NCBI GenBank assembly: GCA_030429725.1
Contig: JAUIEX010000001.1
Coordinates: 3,684-67,683, forward strand
Length of the DNA stretch: 64,000 bases
Source: Alphaproteobacteria bacterium
Lineage (GTDB): Bacteria > Pseudomonadota > Alphaproteobacteria > Rickettsiales > UBA8987
Reading direction: 5' to 3'
Below, piece by piece: positions 10,836-20,561 of the stretch (the first letter of the stretch is position 1; every line of letters begins with the position of its first letter). The notes beneath the pieces are model-generated. The model worked only from the letters and a program-made list of their open reading frames with translations. It made no database searches and was not told the origin of the DNA. Position numbers and translations under genes: made by a program.

Positions 10836-11097
10836 GTTTTTCCTCGTAGAGTTTTCGGCCTTTCCGCCAGTATCCTGCACCAAAAATACGTATTTTACCG
10901 TTACGCCATGTAAACCTGACCGTCATTATAGCATTTCCTACCCTGCCAATACAGAAGAAACGATCTTCCTTGAAACTGTGATCGTCATCGCGGAAAATGA
11001 TGCGGCTTGTATCAAAAAATGCGTAACGAGCCTGTGAAAATGAAACCGAATGCTTTTGCCGGTTGATAAGCTCTTTTGTGCCGTCCCATTCAAACAT
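10819..11097 (-). CDS. brnT: BrnT-family (DUF497) ribonuclease toxin
   Basis: FEWD..K...N..KH.VSF.....F.D.........D.....E.R....G pattern (MFEWDGTKELINRQKHSVSFSQARYAFFD...). 92 aa. Confidence 0.85.
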   Translation of the reverse strand: MFEWDGTKELINRQKHSVSFSQARYAFFDTSRIIFRDDDHSFKEDRFFCIGRVGNAIMTVRFTWRNGKIRIFGAGYWRKGRKLYEEKHGQIQ

Positions 11098-11106
11098 GCG
11101 CGGTGG

Positions 11107-12099
11107 TTACGACGCCAGTGCGCGCTCCCGGTTTGCCTTCAGCTTGGCAAAATCATCCCCCGCATGGTGGCTGGAGCGTGTCAGCGGGCTGCTTGAAACC
11201 ATCAGAAAACCCTTGGCATAGGCCATTTCTTCGTAACGCTTGAATTCATCCGGGGTCACATAGCGATCCACCACCGCGTGGCGCGGCGTGGGTTGCAGAT
11301 ATTGCCCGATAGTGATGAAATCCACCCCGGCGCTGCGCATATCATCCATCACCTGATAGACTTCTTCTTTTTCCTCACCCAGGCCCACCATCAGCCCGGA
11401 TTTGGTAAAAATTGAAGGGTCTTGCCGCTTCACATTATCCAGCAATTTTAGCGAGTGGTAATAACGCGCGCCGGGGCGAATGCGCGGATAAAGACTTGGC
11501 ACGGTTTCAATGTTATGATTAAACACATCCGGCTTGGCAGCCACCACAATCTCCAGCGCACCTTCTTTACCCTTAAAATCAGGTGTTAAGATTTCCACCG
11601 TGGTGTTCGGCGTGGTGTGGCGCAAACGTAAAATACATTCCGCAAAATGCTGCGCGCCGCCATCATCCAGATCATCCCGGTCTACAGAGGTAATCACAAT
11701 ATGGTTTAAGCCCAGCTCTTTACAGGCATTGGCCAGATTTTCCGGCTCATGCGGATCAAGCGCATCCGGCAGGCCGGTTTTCACATTACAAAAAGCACAG
11801 GCGCGCGTGCAAATATCGCCCAGAATCATCACCGTGGCGTGCTTTTGCTGCCAGCATTCGCCAATATTCGGGCAGGCGGCCTCTTCGCAGACGGTGGTCA
11901 GCTTATGCCGGCGGATGAGCGCCTGTGTTTCCTTATAGCCTTCCGAAACCGGGGCTTTGACACGGATCCAATCCGGCTTTTGCGGGCCTTTCTGCGGCGC
12001 ATTCTTCTGCTTTTCCGGATGACGCAGAGCCGCCGCGGAAAGGTTATGCACCGCTGGTGCTTGTGTGGAATGCTGTTCAGACATGGCGCTTTGTACCAT
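11107..12099 (-). CDS. lipA: Lipoyl synthase
   Basis: [13 protein letters not shown] and the radical-SAM motif [10 protein letters not shown]. The start could be a few codons downstream. Confidence 0.93.
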   Translation of the reverse strand: MVQSAMSEQHSTQAPAVHNLSAAALRHPEKQKNAPQKGPQKPDWIRVKAPVSEGYKETQALIRRHKLTTVCEEAACPNIGECWQQKHATVMILGDICTRACAFCNVKTGLPDALDPHEPENLANACKELGLNHIVITSVDRDDLDDGGAQHFAECILRLRHTTPNTTVEILTPDFKGKEGALEIVVAAKPDVFNHNIETVPSLYPRIRPGARYYHSLKLLDNVKRQDPSIFTKSGLMVGLGEEKEEVYQVMDDMRSAGVDFITIGQYLQPTPRHAVVDRYVTPDEFKRYEEMAYAKGFLMVSSSPLTRSSHHAGDDFAKLKANRERALAS

Positions 12100-12175
12100 T
12101 ACAGCACCGAAATGTCACGTCTTGACGCAGGCAATGCTTATCCCCATCTCTTCCATGAAACTTAAAGGAAGCGCC

Positions 12176-12883
12176 ATGACCATCACCAAAATTGCCTATG
12201 ATGATTTGGGAAAAGCCGAATTCGGGTGGCTGAAAGCCCGGCATCATTTCAGCTTCGGGCGTTATCATAACCCCAAACGCATGGGCTTTGGCACTTTGCG
12301 CGTGATTAATGACGACATTATTCAGCCCGGCACCGGCTTTGATCCCCACCCGCATGAGGATATGGAAATCATTACCTATGTGCGCAAAGGTGCGATCACC
12401 CATCTGGATAAACTTGGCAATGAAGGCCGCACGGCGGCGGGTGATGTGCAGGTGATGAGCGCCGGCACCGGCATTGTGCATGCGGAATATAACCGCGAAA
12501 AAGAAGAGGAAACCCAGCTCTACCAGATCTGGATTCTACCCGGTAAACATGGCGTTAAGCCACGCTGGGAGCAGAAAAAATTTCCGAAAGACCCGGTGAA
12601 GGATGCCCTGCATCTGATTGTTTCCGGCAATGCGGATGACGCCGAAACAGGCGCGCTGTTTATTCACCAGAACGCCACCATTCACGCCGGCAGAATCACC
12701 GCCGGCACCAGCTTAAACCACACGGTTAAACAGATGGGCTATGTGCTTTTTTCCGAAGGAGAAATTGAACTCAACGGCACCATTTTCACACGCGGTGACG
12801 CGGCGGAAGTTCCCGAAGGCGGCACCCTGCACATCACCGCAAATACGGACACCGAATTGCTGGTGATTGACGTTCCGGCCTAG
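12176..12883 (+). CDS. Pirin-family (YhhW/quercetinase-like) bicupin protein
   Basis: GWLKARHHFSFGRYHNP and the metal site HPHEDMEIITYV. ATG at 12176 chosen over the longer ORF-track start. Confidence 0.88.
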   Translation: MTITKIAYDDLGKAEFGWLKARHHFSFGRYHNPKRMGFGTLRVINDDIIQPGTGFDPHPHEDMEIITYVRKGAITHLDKLGNEGRTAAGDVQVMSAGTGIVHAEYNREKEEETQLYQIWILPGKHGVKPRWEQKKFPKDPVKDALHLIVSGNADDAETGALFIHQNATIHAGRITAGTSLNHTVKQMGYVLFSEGEIELNGTIFTRGDAAEVPEGGTLHITANTDTELLVIDVPA

Positions 12884-13030
12884 ATGCTGCCATTGGCATT
12901 CAAACAAACACGCCATGCGCTTCTGCGCAAACATCCAAAGCGCTATGGCGCCGCGCTCATCATCAGCCTGCCTGCAACCTTCATCTGCCTGTTTATGATC
13001 CACCTCTTCATCGGCATGATGTCCGTTTAA
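12884..13030 (+). CDS. Possible 48-aa hydrophobic micro-protein, below the ORF-track length cut-off
   Basis: The ATG directly abuts the pirin stop (TAGATG). Sequence MLPLAFKQTRHALLRKHPKRYGAALIISLPATFICLFMIHLFIGMMSV has one clear TM helix. No further support. Confidence 0.3.
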   Translation: MLPLAFKQTRHALLRKHPKRYGAALIISLPATFICLFMIHLFIGMMSV

Positions 13031-13085
13031 GCGAAACGCAAAATCATCATTTTTGCTATATGCCCGTAGGATTGGGTGGCGTGCC

Positions 13086-13919
13086 CTACATATACCCGCT
13101 GGCGCGCAGCTTCTCAAAGGCGGCTTCGTCTTCATCCTTGCCCATCGGCCGGCCGGAGCGTTCCGAAGTTTTGGTGGTGCGCAGTTCTTCAATGATTTTA
13201 TCAATATCATCCGCCTCACTTGGCAGCGGCCAGGTGATGCCCTTTTCTCCCAGTGAGCGGAAGCGCATCATCTGCCCGCCAAAATCCCTGCCCTCAAATT
13301 CATCATACTTCTTGGCGTAATAGAGCGGCACAATCGGAATATCTTCCTGCTTGATGTAAAGCCACACATCCAGCTCCGTCCAGTGCAGCAGCGGGTGAAT
13401 GCGCACATGTGTTTCCGGCGGAAAATCCGTCATATACTGGTTCCAGAATTCCGGCGGCTGATCCTTCACGTCCCAGTTGCCTTCATTATCGCGCGGTGAA
13501 AAATAACGCTCTTTCGCGCGGGTGCCCTCTTCATCGCGGCGGATGCCGGTGATGATGCCGTTAAATTTATGCTCATCCAGCACGGCCTTCAGCCCCAGCG
13601 TTTTGCGCGCCGCCACCCGCGCCGCCCATGGCAGTTCGGCATCGGTTTCTTCAATCGGCGGGCACACCGGCCCGATAAAATTCACGCCCCATTCTTTGAC
13701 ATATTTATCCCGGAAGGCATAAACCTCATCAAATTCCAGCTCCGTATCGCAATGAATCATCGGAATCGGCATTTTGCCGAAGAACGCCTTGCGCATCAGA
13801 TACGCCATCACATTGGAATCTTTACCAAAACTCCACAACATGGCGATGTTATCAATTTTATTGAATGCCTCACGGAAAATATAAATCGATTCCGCTTCTA
13901 ATTTATCCAAATGGTTCAT
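13086..13919 (-). CDS. cysD: Sulfate adenylyltransferase subunit 2 (CysD, PAPS-reductase fold)
   Basis: LEAESIYIFRE, SFGKDS PP-loop, GIRRDEEGTRAKER, HPLLHWTELDVWLYI and a C-terminal TSERSGR, collinear with E. coli CysD. Confidence 0.85.
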   Translation of the reverse strand: MNHLDKLEAESIYIFREAFNKIDNIAMLWSFGKDSNVMAYLMRKAFFGKMPIPMIHCDTELEFDEVYAFRDKYVKEWGVNFIGPVCPPIEETDAELPWAARVAARKTLGLKAVLDEHKFNGIITGIRRDEEGTRAKERYFSPRDNEGNWDVKDQPPEFWNQYMTDFPPETHVRIHPLLHWTELDVWLYIKQEDIPIVPLYYAKKYDEFEGRDFGGQMMRFRSLGEKGITWPLPSEADDIDKIIEELRTTKTSERSGRPMGKDEDEAAFEKLRASGYM

Positions 13920-13967
13920 AGTAAAATACCTAATATCATTGCTATGCTCTTCAAATTTCAGAGGTTG

Positions 13968-14489
13968 TTACCAGAAGAAGGTTCTTAATGCTATATACAT
14001 TGCTAAATAACTTATGAAATTAATGCCAAAGAACAAACTCAACAGCTGCTTTGAACATATATTGTTAAAATAACTACCAAATTTTTCCTGATCAAACATG
14101 GCTGTACTAACAACGATAATAATTAACCACACATGCATCAGATGATATGCAACCCCAGAAATTCCTACTAAATTAATAAAAAAGTAAAAAAAGAGCAGAC
14201 TCAGACATCCCAGTGCAAGAACAGCTGAACCTACCATTACCGTGTTTATAACTATAGCTCTCAGATTTTCCTTGAACCTGTTCTCAGCATACAACCAAAA
14301 GAGAAAAAACACTCCCAAAAGTCGTAGAATCATCATAAGAACCACTGTGGCTAGAAAAAAAACGACTAGGAGAGTGAACCATAACATACCCTCTGAATTC
14401 CAAGAATCTAGGATACTGAGAGTAAGTATGTATAGTAGGCCAGCAAGAGGAATACAAAAAAGAATTAACACAGCTTGAAATGGTTTCAT
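13968..14489 (-). CDS. Hypothetical polytopic membrane protein on AT-rich DNA
   Basis: ~173 aa from the ATG at 14489, which lies 1 nt after the stop of the upstream TRIC gene. About 5 hydrophobic helices. ~35% G+C. No motif recognised. Confidence 0.55.
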   Translation of the reverse strand: MKPFQAVLILFCIPLAGLLYILTLSILDSWNSEGMLWFTLLVVFFLATVVLMMILRLLGVFFLFWLYAENRFKENLRAIVINTVMVGSAVLALGCLSLLFFYFFINLVGISGVAYHLMHVWLIIIVVSTAMFDQEKFGSYFNNICSKQLLSLFFGINFISYLAMYIALRTFFW

Positions 14490-14490
14490 T

Positions 14491-15135
14491 CTACTGACCA
14501 CCATCCAGATAAGGCGCCCCTTTGCGGATGCGTGGCAAATGCCAGCTGCGCCAATGCGCAATCAGGCGCAATGCCAATGCGGCAACAAAAAGCAGCCCCA
14601 GCCACAGCGGCGTGGTCACCTGAAAGTGATCCATCACGAACATCACCGCGCCGATAATCAGCGCCACACTGCCATAAAACCCGCTATCCAGCACCGCCGG
14701 CACTTCATTGAGCAACACATCCCGGATGATGCCGCCGCCGGTGGCTGTCAGCAATGCCAGCAATAAAACACCAAAAATGGAAAGCTCCGCCTGCAGCGCC
14801 ACCATGGCTCCGGTAATGGAAAATGCCACCAGCCCAACGGAATCACTAATCACAAAAAAGGCGCGGCGCTCCAACCCCGGATAGCGATGCAGCCGCAGCA
14901 GCAGCGCCCCCGCAACCACGCCAAGCACCAGATAAAAGGCCGAAGGGTTTTGCAACACACCGGGCACATGCCCCACCAGCACATCCCGCACAGCACCCCC
15001 GCCATTGGCTGTCAGCATCGCCACAATAAACAGCCCCATCCAGTCCAGTTCCTTGCGCACGCCCAGAAAAAAGCCCGATAAGGCGAAGGCCACGCTGCCA
15101 ATCAGTGATGCTAATTCAAACGGGGTCATCATCAA
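14491..15135 (-). CDS. TRIC/UPF0126 (YadS-like) cation channel family membrane protein
   Basis: Internal duplication with two glycine-rich motifs, ANGGGAVRDVLV and ATGGGIIRDVLL. 7 TM helices. Confidence 0.85.
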   Translation of the reverse strand: MMMTPFELASLIGSVAFALSGFFLGVRKELDWMGLFIVAMLTANGGGAVRDVLVGHVPGVLQNPSAFYLVLGVVAGALLLRLHRYPGLERRAFFVISDSVGLVAFSITGAMVALQAELSIFGVLLLALLTATGGGIIRDVLLNEVPAVLDSGFYGSVALIIGAVMFVMDHFQVTTPLWLGLLFVAALALRLIAHWRSWHLPRIRKGAPYLDGGQ

Positions 15136-15509
15136 CGCTCTAATGTGTCACCGCTAAGCAGGCCGCCCAGCGGCTGCCCGCCCAGCACATGCACATGAAA
15201 ATGTGGCACGGTTTGATGCGCGTTTTTACCGTGATTGGTAATCAGCCGATAGCCGCCTTCCTCCAGGCCAAGCTTGGCGGCAACCTGCTGCACCGCCTTG
15301 AAAAAACCGGCAATAAAAACCGCCTCCGCACGCTTTGAAAAATCATCGAAAGAGCAATACTCACCCTTGGGGATCACCAGCGCATGCGCTTTGGCTGCCG
15401 GCTGAATATCCGGGAAGGCCATGGCATAGTCATCCTCATAGAGGATTTCGGCAGGAATTTCCCGCCGCAGAATTTTTGCAAAAATATTGTCGTGATCGTA
15501 ATCCGCCAT
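15132..15509 (-). CDS. HIT-family (HinT-like) nucleotide hydrolase
   Basis: Histidine triad HFHVHVLGG. The 125-aa form starts at ATG 15509. The longer ORF-track version runs into purH. Confidence 0.88.
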   Translation of the reverse strand: MADYDHDNIFAKILRREIPAEILYEDDYAMAFPDIQPAAKAHALVIPKGEYCSFDDFSKRAEAVFIAGFFKAVQQVAAKLGLEEGGYRLITNHGKNAHQTVPHFHVHVLGGQPLGGLLSGDTLER

Positions 15510-15591
15510 AGTCACCTTGTTCCCATTTGAAACATTTACTTTTCTTCTAAATGGGTTTACATCACCCGCAGAAAAAAGGCCAGAATCAAGC

Positions 15592-17154
15592 ATGACTGAA
15601 ACAGCAACCATCCGCCGCGCACTTTTATCCGTCTCCAACAAGGAAGGCATTGTGGAACTGGCACAATTTTTAGCCGGCCGAAAAATTGAGCTGATCTCCA
15701 CCGGCGGCACAGCCAGAACATTGCGTGAAGCGGGCATTAACGTGCGTGACGTTTCCGATGTAACCGGCTTTCCGGAAGTGATGGATGGCCGCGTCAAAAC
15801 ACTGCACCCGCACATTCATGGCGGCATTCTGGCCGTGCGGGATAATAAAGAGCATCAAAAAGCGATGGAAAAACATGAGATTGACCCCATTGATCTGGTG
15901 GTTATCAATCTGTACCCTTTTGAAGAAACGCGCAAGAGCGGGGCGGATTATCACAGCTGCGTTGAGAATATTGATATTGGCGGGCCGGCAATGGTGCGCG
16001 CCTCCGCCAAAAACCATGCCCATGTCGCCATCCTCACCAGCCCGGATCAGTATAAAGCCGCCCAAAAAGCCATTGAAAAAGAGGATGTTATTCCGCTGAC
16101 CATGCGCCGCGATCTGGCACGACAGGCCTTTGCGCACACTGCCCGCTATGACGGGATGATCGCCAACTGGCTGGCCGAAGAGCAGAACCAGCCCTTCCCG
16201 GAAACCTTCCTTCTTTCCGCAACACGCCAGCAGGTGCTGCGCTATGGTGAAAACCCACATCAGCAGGCCGCGCTTTACATCACCAACAATGCCATCTCCG
16301 GCGTGGCCAATGCCAAACAGCTTCATGGCAAGGAACTCAGCTACAACAACATTGCGGATACGGACGCCGCCTTCACATTGGTTTCGGAATTTTCTGCGCC
16401 CACAGCTGCCATCATCAAGCACGCCAACCCATGCGGCGTGGCTTCACATGCGGATATTACCGCCGCTTACGACGCCGCCCTGGCCTGCGACCCGGTGAGC
16501 GCCTTTGGCGGAATTTTTGCCTTTAACGTGCCGGTCTCCAAGGCGCTGGCCGAAAAAATCGGGGAGCTTTTTGCTGAAGTTGTCATTGCCCCGTCTTTTG
16601 ATAAAGAAGCACTTAACATCCTGACAAAGAAAAAGAATATCCGCCTTCTTAAAACCGGAAACATGCCACAAAGCGGCAATCAAATAATGATAAAAACCGT
16701 AACCGGCGGCCTGCTGGTGCAATCGGAAGATCAGAACATTCTGGATGAAAAGACATTAAAAGTGGTCACCAAACGCGCGCCGACGGAGCAGGAAATGGCC
16801 GATCTTCGCTTCGCCTTCACCGTGGCCAAACATGTTAAATCCAACGCCATTGTGTATGCCAAAGATGGCGCCACGGTGGGCGTGGGTGCCGGGCAGATGA
16901 GCCGGGTGGATTCCGCCCGCATCGGCGCGTGGAAGGCCAAAGAAACCGCCACTTCCGTCAAAAGCGCCGAAGGCAGCGTGCTGGCTTCGGATGCCTTCTT
17001 CCCCTTTGCGGACGGGCTGATTTCCGCCGCGGAACATGGCATCACCGCCGTGATTCAGCCCGGCGGCTCCGTGCGGGATGAGGAGGTGATTGCCGCCGCC
17101 GATGAGCGCAACATCGCCATGGTGATGACAGGCATCCGCCATTTCCGCCACTAA
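15592..17154 (+). CDS. purH: Bifunctional AICAR transformylase / IMP cyclohydrolase
   Basis: MGS-like N-terminal domain ([16 protein letters not shown]) plus the AICARFT domain. Ends ...GIRHFRH. Confidence 0.95.
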   Translation: MTETATIRRALLSVSNKEGIVELAQFLAGRKIELISTGGTARTLREAGINVRDVSDVTGFPEVMDGRVKTLHPHIHGGILAVRDNKEHQKAMEKHEIDPIDLVVINLYPFEETRKSGADYHSCVENIDIGGPAMVRASAKNHAHVAILTSPDQYKAAQKAIEKEDVIPLTMRRDLARQAFAHTARYDGMIANWLAEEQNQPFPETFLLSATRQQVLRYGENPHQQAALYITNNAISGVANAKQLHGKELSYNNIADTDAAFTLVSEFSAPTAAIIKHANPCGVASHADITAAYDAALACDPVSAFGGIFAFNVPVSKALAEKIGELFAEVVIAPSFDKEALNILTKKKNIRLLKTGNMPQSGNQIMIKTVTGGLLVQSEDQNILDEKTLKVVTKRAPTEQEMADLRFAFTVAKHVKSNAIVYAKDGATVGVGAGQMSRVDSARIGAWKAKETATSVKSAEGSVLASDAFFPFADGLISAAEHGITAVIQPGGSVRDEEVIAAADERNIAMVMTGIRHFRH

Positions 17155-17179
17155 CCCAATAACTTAGCCAACACCCTCC

Positions 17180-17205
17180 CCTGACGGGCAAGTCAGGTTG
17201 CTTTC
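17180..17205. terminator. Possible bidirectional stem-loop between convergent purH and trkA
   Basis: CCTGAC-GGGCAA-GTCAGG followed by TTGCTTTCC. The stem is short (6 bp). Confidence 0.4.
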
Positions 17206-18585
17206 CTAAAAATAATCCGCCGCCGGTGAGAACAGCGTATCCACCTTGGCCGCCTGCTCCGTGCGGCAAATAATCACCACGCGATCGCCTTCCTGAATAA
17301 TCGTGCTTGGTTTTGGCACCATGGGAACACCCTTCCGCACCACCATCGCAATGTTAAAATCTTTCGGCAGGTCAAGATCATGGATTGATTGCCCCACAAT
17401 CACCGCCTGCTCCACGGCTTCCGATTCCAGAATCTCCAGCTCGCCGTTGCAAATGGAATTTGCCGCCCGCACCTTGCCGCGCCGCGTATATTGCAGGATG
17501 GAAGACACCGTCACCTCACGCGGGTTCACAATCACATCAATGCCCAGCGTGCCGATTAACGGGCGGTAAGACTTCCCTTTATTGACCAACACCACGGAAC
17601 TTTTTGCGCCATAGCGCTTGGAAAGCAACGAGGAGAGGATATTCACCTCATCGTCATTGGTCACGCAGATCACCGCATCCGCCGAACCAATATTGCATTC
17701 CTGCAAAATCTCTTTTTCAAGCGCGCTGCCCTGAATGACATTCGTGCGCTTAAGCATGCTGACGGCCGTTTCTGCCCGGGCATGGTTCAGCTCAATCAGC
17801 TTCACGGCAATGCCGCTTTCTTCCTCTTCCAGCCCTTGCGCCACCGCCAGCCCGATATGCCCGCCACCGATAATCACAATCCGCCGGGCTTCCTGCTCGT
17901 CATGGCCAAGCAGGGAAATCATGTGTGCCACCTGTTCACGCGGCGCGAGGAAGAATAATTCATCCCCCACCTGAAGCCGCTCATGCTCATCCACAATGAT
18001 GGCGCTTTGCTGGCGGTTAATAGCCAGAAAAACCACATTCAATTCACCGAAATTCTCGTAAAAATCCTTCACGGAATAGTTCAGCAGCGGGCAGTTCTCA
18101 TTGCAGCGCACCTCCGTCACCAGCATGGAATCATCCACCAGCGGAAACGAATCCATTGCGCCCGGCAAATGCAGGCGATCAATAATCGTCTGCGCCACTT
18201 CACGCTCCGGCGAAATAATATAATCAATCGGCATATGGTCGTGGCGATATAAATCCTGAAAGCCGGGCAGCAGGTAATTTTGCTCACGGATACGGGCAAT
18301 CTTAATTGGCACGTTGAAAAGCGAATGCGCAATCTGGCACACCATCATATTGACTTCGTCAGAGGCAGTCACCGCCACCACCATTTCCACATCCCCGGCA
18401 CCGGCTTCCTGCAACACCGTTGGGTGCGAAGGAAAACCAAACCGCACCGTCACATCACTGGAGTCCACCAATTTATTAATATTCGGGTTGGGCGTGTCAA
18501 TGATGGTCACATCATGATCTTCCTGCGAAAGCTGTTTCGCAATGCCACTGCCAACCGGCCCGCCGCCACATACAATAATACGCAT
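17206..18585 (-). CDS. trkA: Trk potassium uptake system NAD-binding subunit
   Basis: Two RCK/TrkA-N Rossmann motifs (IVCGGGPVGSGIA and IIGGGHIGLAVA). 458 aa. Confidence 0.9.
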   Translation of the reverse strand: MRIIVCGGGPVGSGIAKQLSQEDHDVTIIDTPNPNINKLVDSSDVTVRFGFPSHPTVLQEAGAGDVEMVVAVTASDEVNMMVCQIAHSLFNVPIKIARIREQNYLLPGFQDLYRHDHMPIDYIISPEREVAQTIIDRLHLPGAMDSFPLVDDSMLVTEVRCNENCPLLNYSVKDFYENFGELNVVFLAINRQQSAIIVDEHERLQVGDELFFLAPREQVAHMISLLGHDEQEARRIVIIGGGHIGLAVAQGLEEEESGIAVKLIELNHARAETAVSMLKRTNVIQGSALEKEILQECNIGSADAVICVTNDDEVNILSSLLSKRYGAKSSVVLVNKGKSYRPLIGTLGIDVIVNPREVTVSSILQYTRRGKVRAANSICNGELEILESEAVEQAVIVGQSIHDLDLPKDFNIAMVVRKGVPMVPKPSTIIQEGDRVVIICRTEQAAKVDTLFSPAADYF

Positions 18586-18618
18586 AATGCTCTCTATAAC
18601 CTGAATGAATGGCTTTGG

Positions 18619-20382
18619 CTAGGCCGCCTGAAACTGCGTTTCATAAAGCTGTTGATATACCCCCTGTTGTGCCAAAAGCTCCTCATGCGAGCCCCTTTCA
18701 ATCGCCACACCATCCTGCATCACAATAATCTGATCCGCGTGCCGGATGGTGGAAAGCCGATGGGCAATCACCAAACTGGTGCGCCCCTGCATCAAACGCT
18801 TCAGCGCTTCCTGCACCTGCTGTTCCGAAACGGAATCCAGCGCGGAAGTGGCCTCATCCAAAAGAAGAATCGGCGCATCACGCAGCATTGCACGCGCAAT
18901 GGCAATGCGCTGGCGCTGTCCGCCGGAAAGGTTCAGCCCATGCTGCCCCACTTCCGTCTCAAAACCTTTGGGCAATGATTCAATAAATTCCAGTGCAGCC
19001 GCATCTTTGGCGGCTTGTCTGATCTCATCCATGCCGGCATCCGGCCTGCCATAGCGGATATTATCGGCAATGCTGGTGTCAAATAACGTGGCTTCCTGAT
19101 TCACCAACGCCAGATTGGAGCGTAATGAAGCAATCGTCATCTGCGGCAGCGCCAGATGGTTGATGCGCACACTACCTTCCTGCGGGTCATAATAACGGAG
19201 CAGCAAATTCATCACCGTAGATTTCCCCGCTCCGCTCATCCCAACCAACGCCACACTCTGCCCGGCTTTAACTGTGAAGCTTAAGCCGTTAAGCGCCTTT
19301 TCATCACCATCGCGATAATGAAAATGAACATCATCGAAAGTAATTTCCGCCTGTTCTTTTGGCAGGGTCAGCTCCACGGCATCTTCAGCATCACAAATCA
19401 TTGGAAATTTGTCCATCGTGTCATAAAAACGTTCCACCACCGCCATGCTTTCCTGCAAATTCGTATTGATACCCGCCAGACTTTTAGCCGGCTTATACGC
19501 CATAATCAGCGCCCCGATAAACGAGAAGAACGCGCCGGGTGTGGTTTCACCCGCCAGCACCTGACTGCCACCAAACCAGATAATTGCGCCAATGGCAATG
19601 CCCGCCAAAGCTTCCATCATCGGACTGGCCGCAGATTCAATCCGCACGGCTTTGAGATAAAGTTTCAGCAATTTTGAGAGTGTCCCCTCCGCCCGCTCCA
19701 TCTCCGCCTGCTCCTGGCCATACGCCTTAACCACACGGATTCCCTGAAACACATCATCCAACTGCGCCGTTAACTGCCCCATCTCTTCCTGCGTCTGTTT
19801 AGAATTTTTGCGCATCCGCCGCCCAAGCTTTAAGACGGGCAGCACTGCAATAGGAAATACCAGCAGCGCAATCACCGAAAGCTCCCAGCTCTGATAGATC
19901 ATCACCCCCAGCAGACCAATAAGCGTCAGACTTTCTTTTACCAACCCGGTCAGCACATTGGTCAGATTGCGCCGTAAAATGGTAATATCATTGGTAAAAC
20001 GGGAAATAAACGTGCCGGAAGCATTCGCCGCAAACTGCGCCAGATCCACATCCAGTATATGTTGAAACAAATCAACCTGCATCCGCATGGAAGCCTTCTG
20101 CCCGATAGATTTCATTATCACGGACTGGCCATAGGTTGCCGCCCCCTTCACCAGCGCAATTACCACCACTGCCAATGGCAGCCACAGCAACAAACTACGG
20201 TTTGTTTCCAGAAAAACCTTGTCCAACACCGGTTGCAACATCCACGCATGTCCGGCAGTACAGCCGGCGGCAATCGCCATCAGCAACGTTGCCCAGAAAA
20301 TCAACACACGATGCGGCTTCACATAATCACGCATCAGCCGTGGCAAATAGCGCACCCTGATATATAAAGTGGTTTCAGACAT
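18619..20382 (-). CDS. ABC exporter, fused permease-ATPase (MsbA/lipid A exporter-like)
   Basis: Six TM helices, then Walker A GMSGAGKST, signature LSGGQRQRIAIARA and Walker B ILLLDEATSALD. Confidence 0.88.
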   Translation of the reverse strand: MSETTLYIRVRYLPRLMRDYVKPHRVLIFWATLLMAIAAGCTAGHAWMLQPVLDKVFLETNRSLLLWLPLAVVVIALVKGAATYGQSVIMKSIGQKASMRMQVDLFQHILDVDLAQFAANASGTFISRFTNDITILRRNLTNVLTGLVKESLTLIGLLGVMIYQSWELSVIALLVFPIAVLPVLKLGRRMRKNSKQTQEEMGQLTAQLDDVFQGIRVVKAYGQEQAEMERAEGTLSKLLKLYLKAVRIESAASPMMEALAGIAIGAIIWFGGSQVLAGETTPGAFFSFIGALIMAYKPAKSLAGINTNLQESMAVVERFYDTMDKFPMICDAEDAVELTLPKEQAEITFDDVHFHYRDGDEKALNGLSFTVKAGQSVALVGMSGAGKSTVMNLLLRYYDPQEGSVRINHLALPQMTIASLRSNLALVNQEATLFDTSIADNIRYGRPDAGMDEIRQAAKDAAALEFIESLPKGFETEVGQHGLNLSGGQRQRIAIARAMLRDAPILLLDEATSALDSVSEQQVQEALKRLMQGRTSLVIAHRLSTIRHADQIIVMQDGVAIERGSHEELLAQQGVYQQLYETQFQAA

Positions 20383-20445
20383 CGGCAGATGATAACCCCG
20401 GAGCATCTTTTCAGCAATCGCCTTTACAGCACCACAAAACTATCC

Positions 20446-20550
20446 TAGACACTGTTGTTAAATTAGGAGATATTTTGTTGCTGGCTTAAATTGCTGCTTC
20501 GCAAGGAAAAGTACGCAACAAAATGTCTCCTAATTTAACAACAGTGTCTA
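20446..20550. repeat. 105-bp MITE-like palindromic element (36-bp arms with one mismatch, 33-nt loop)
   Basis: TAGACACTGTTGTTAAATTAGGAGA at 20446-20470 is the perfect reverse complement of 20526-20550. The arms extend to 20481 and 20515 with one mismatch. Confidence 0.85.
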
Positions 20551-20561
20551 ATGGCAGAAGC

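Noticed and set aside
12713-13219. 168-aa minus-strand ORF bridging the pirin 3' end and the cysD 3' end
   Set aside because: It overlaps both well-supported convergent genes and has Arg/Ala-rich antisense-type composition with no motif.
15510-15815. N-terminal 102-aa extension of the HIT-family ORF (ORF track 15132-15815)
   Set aside because: The extension overlaps the purH start region on the opposite strand and has no HIT homology. The conserved protein begins at [13 protein letters not shown] (ATG 15509).
18280-18978. 232-aa plus-strand ORF spanning the trkA start and the ABC exporter end
   Set aside because: It is antisense to two confidently called genes, has His/Arg-rich low-information composition, and crosses an intergenic gap in a way real genes rarely do.
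20523-20561. Upstream in-frame ATG extending rimK into the palindromic element
   Set aside because: The 13 extra codons ([13 protein letters not shown]) are encoded by the right arm of the inverted repeat. Conserved protein sequence starts after the ATG at 20562.
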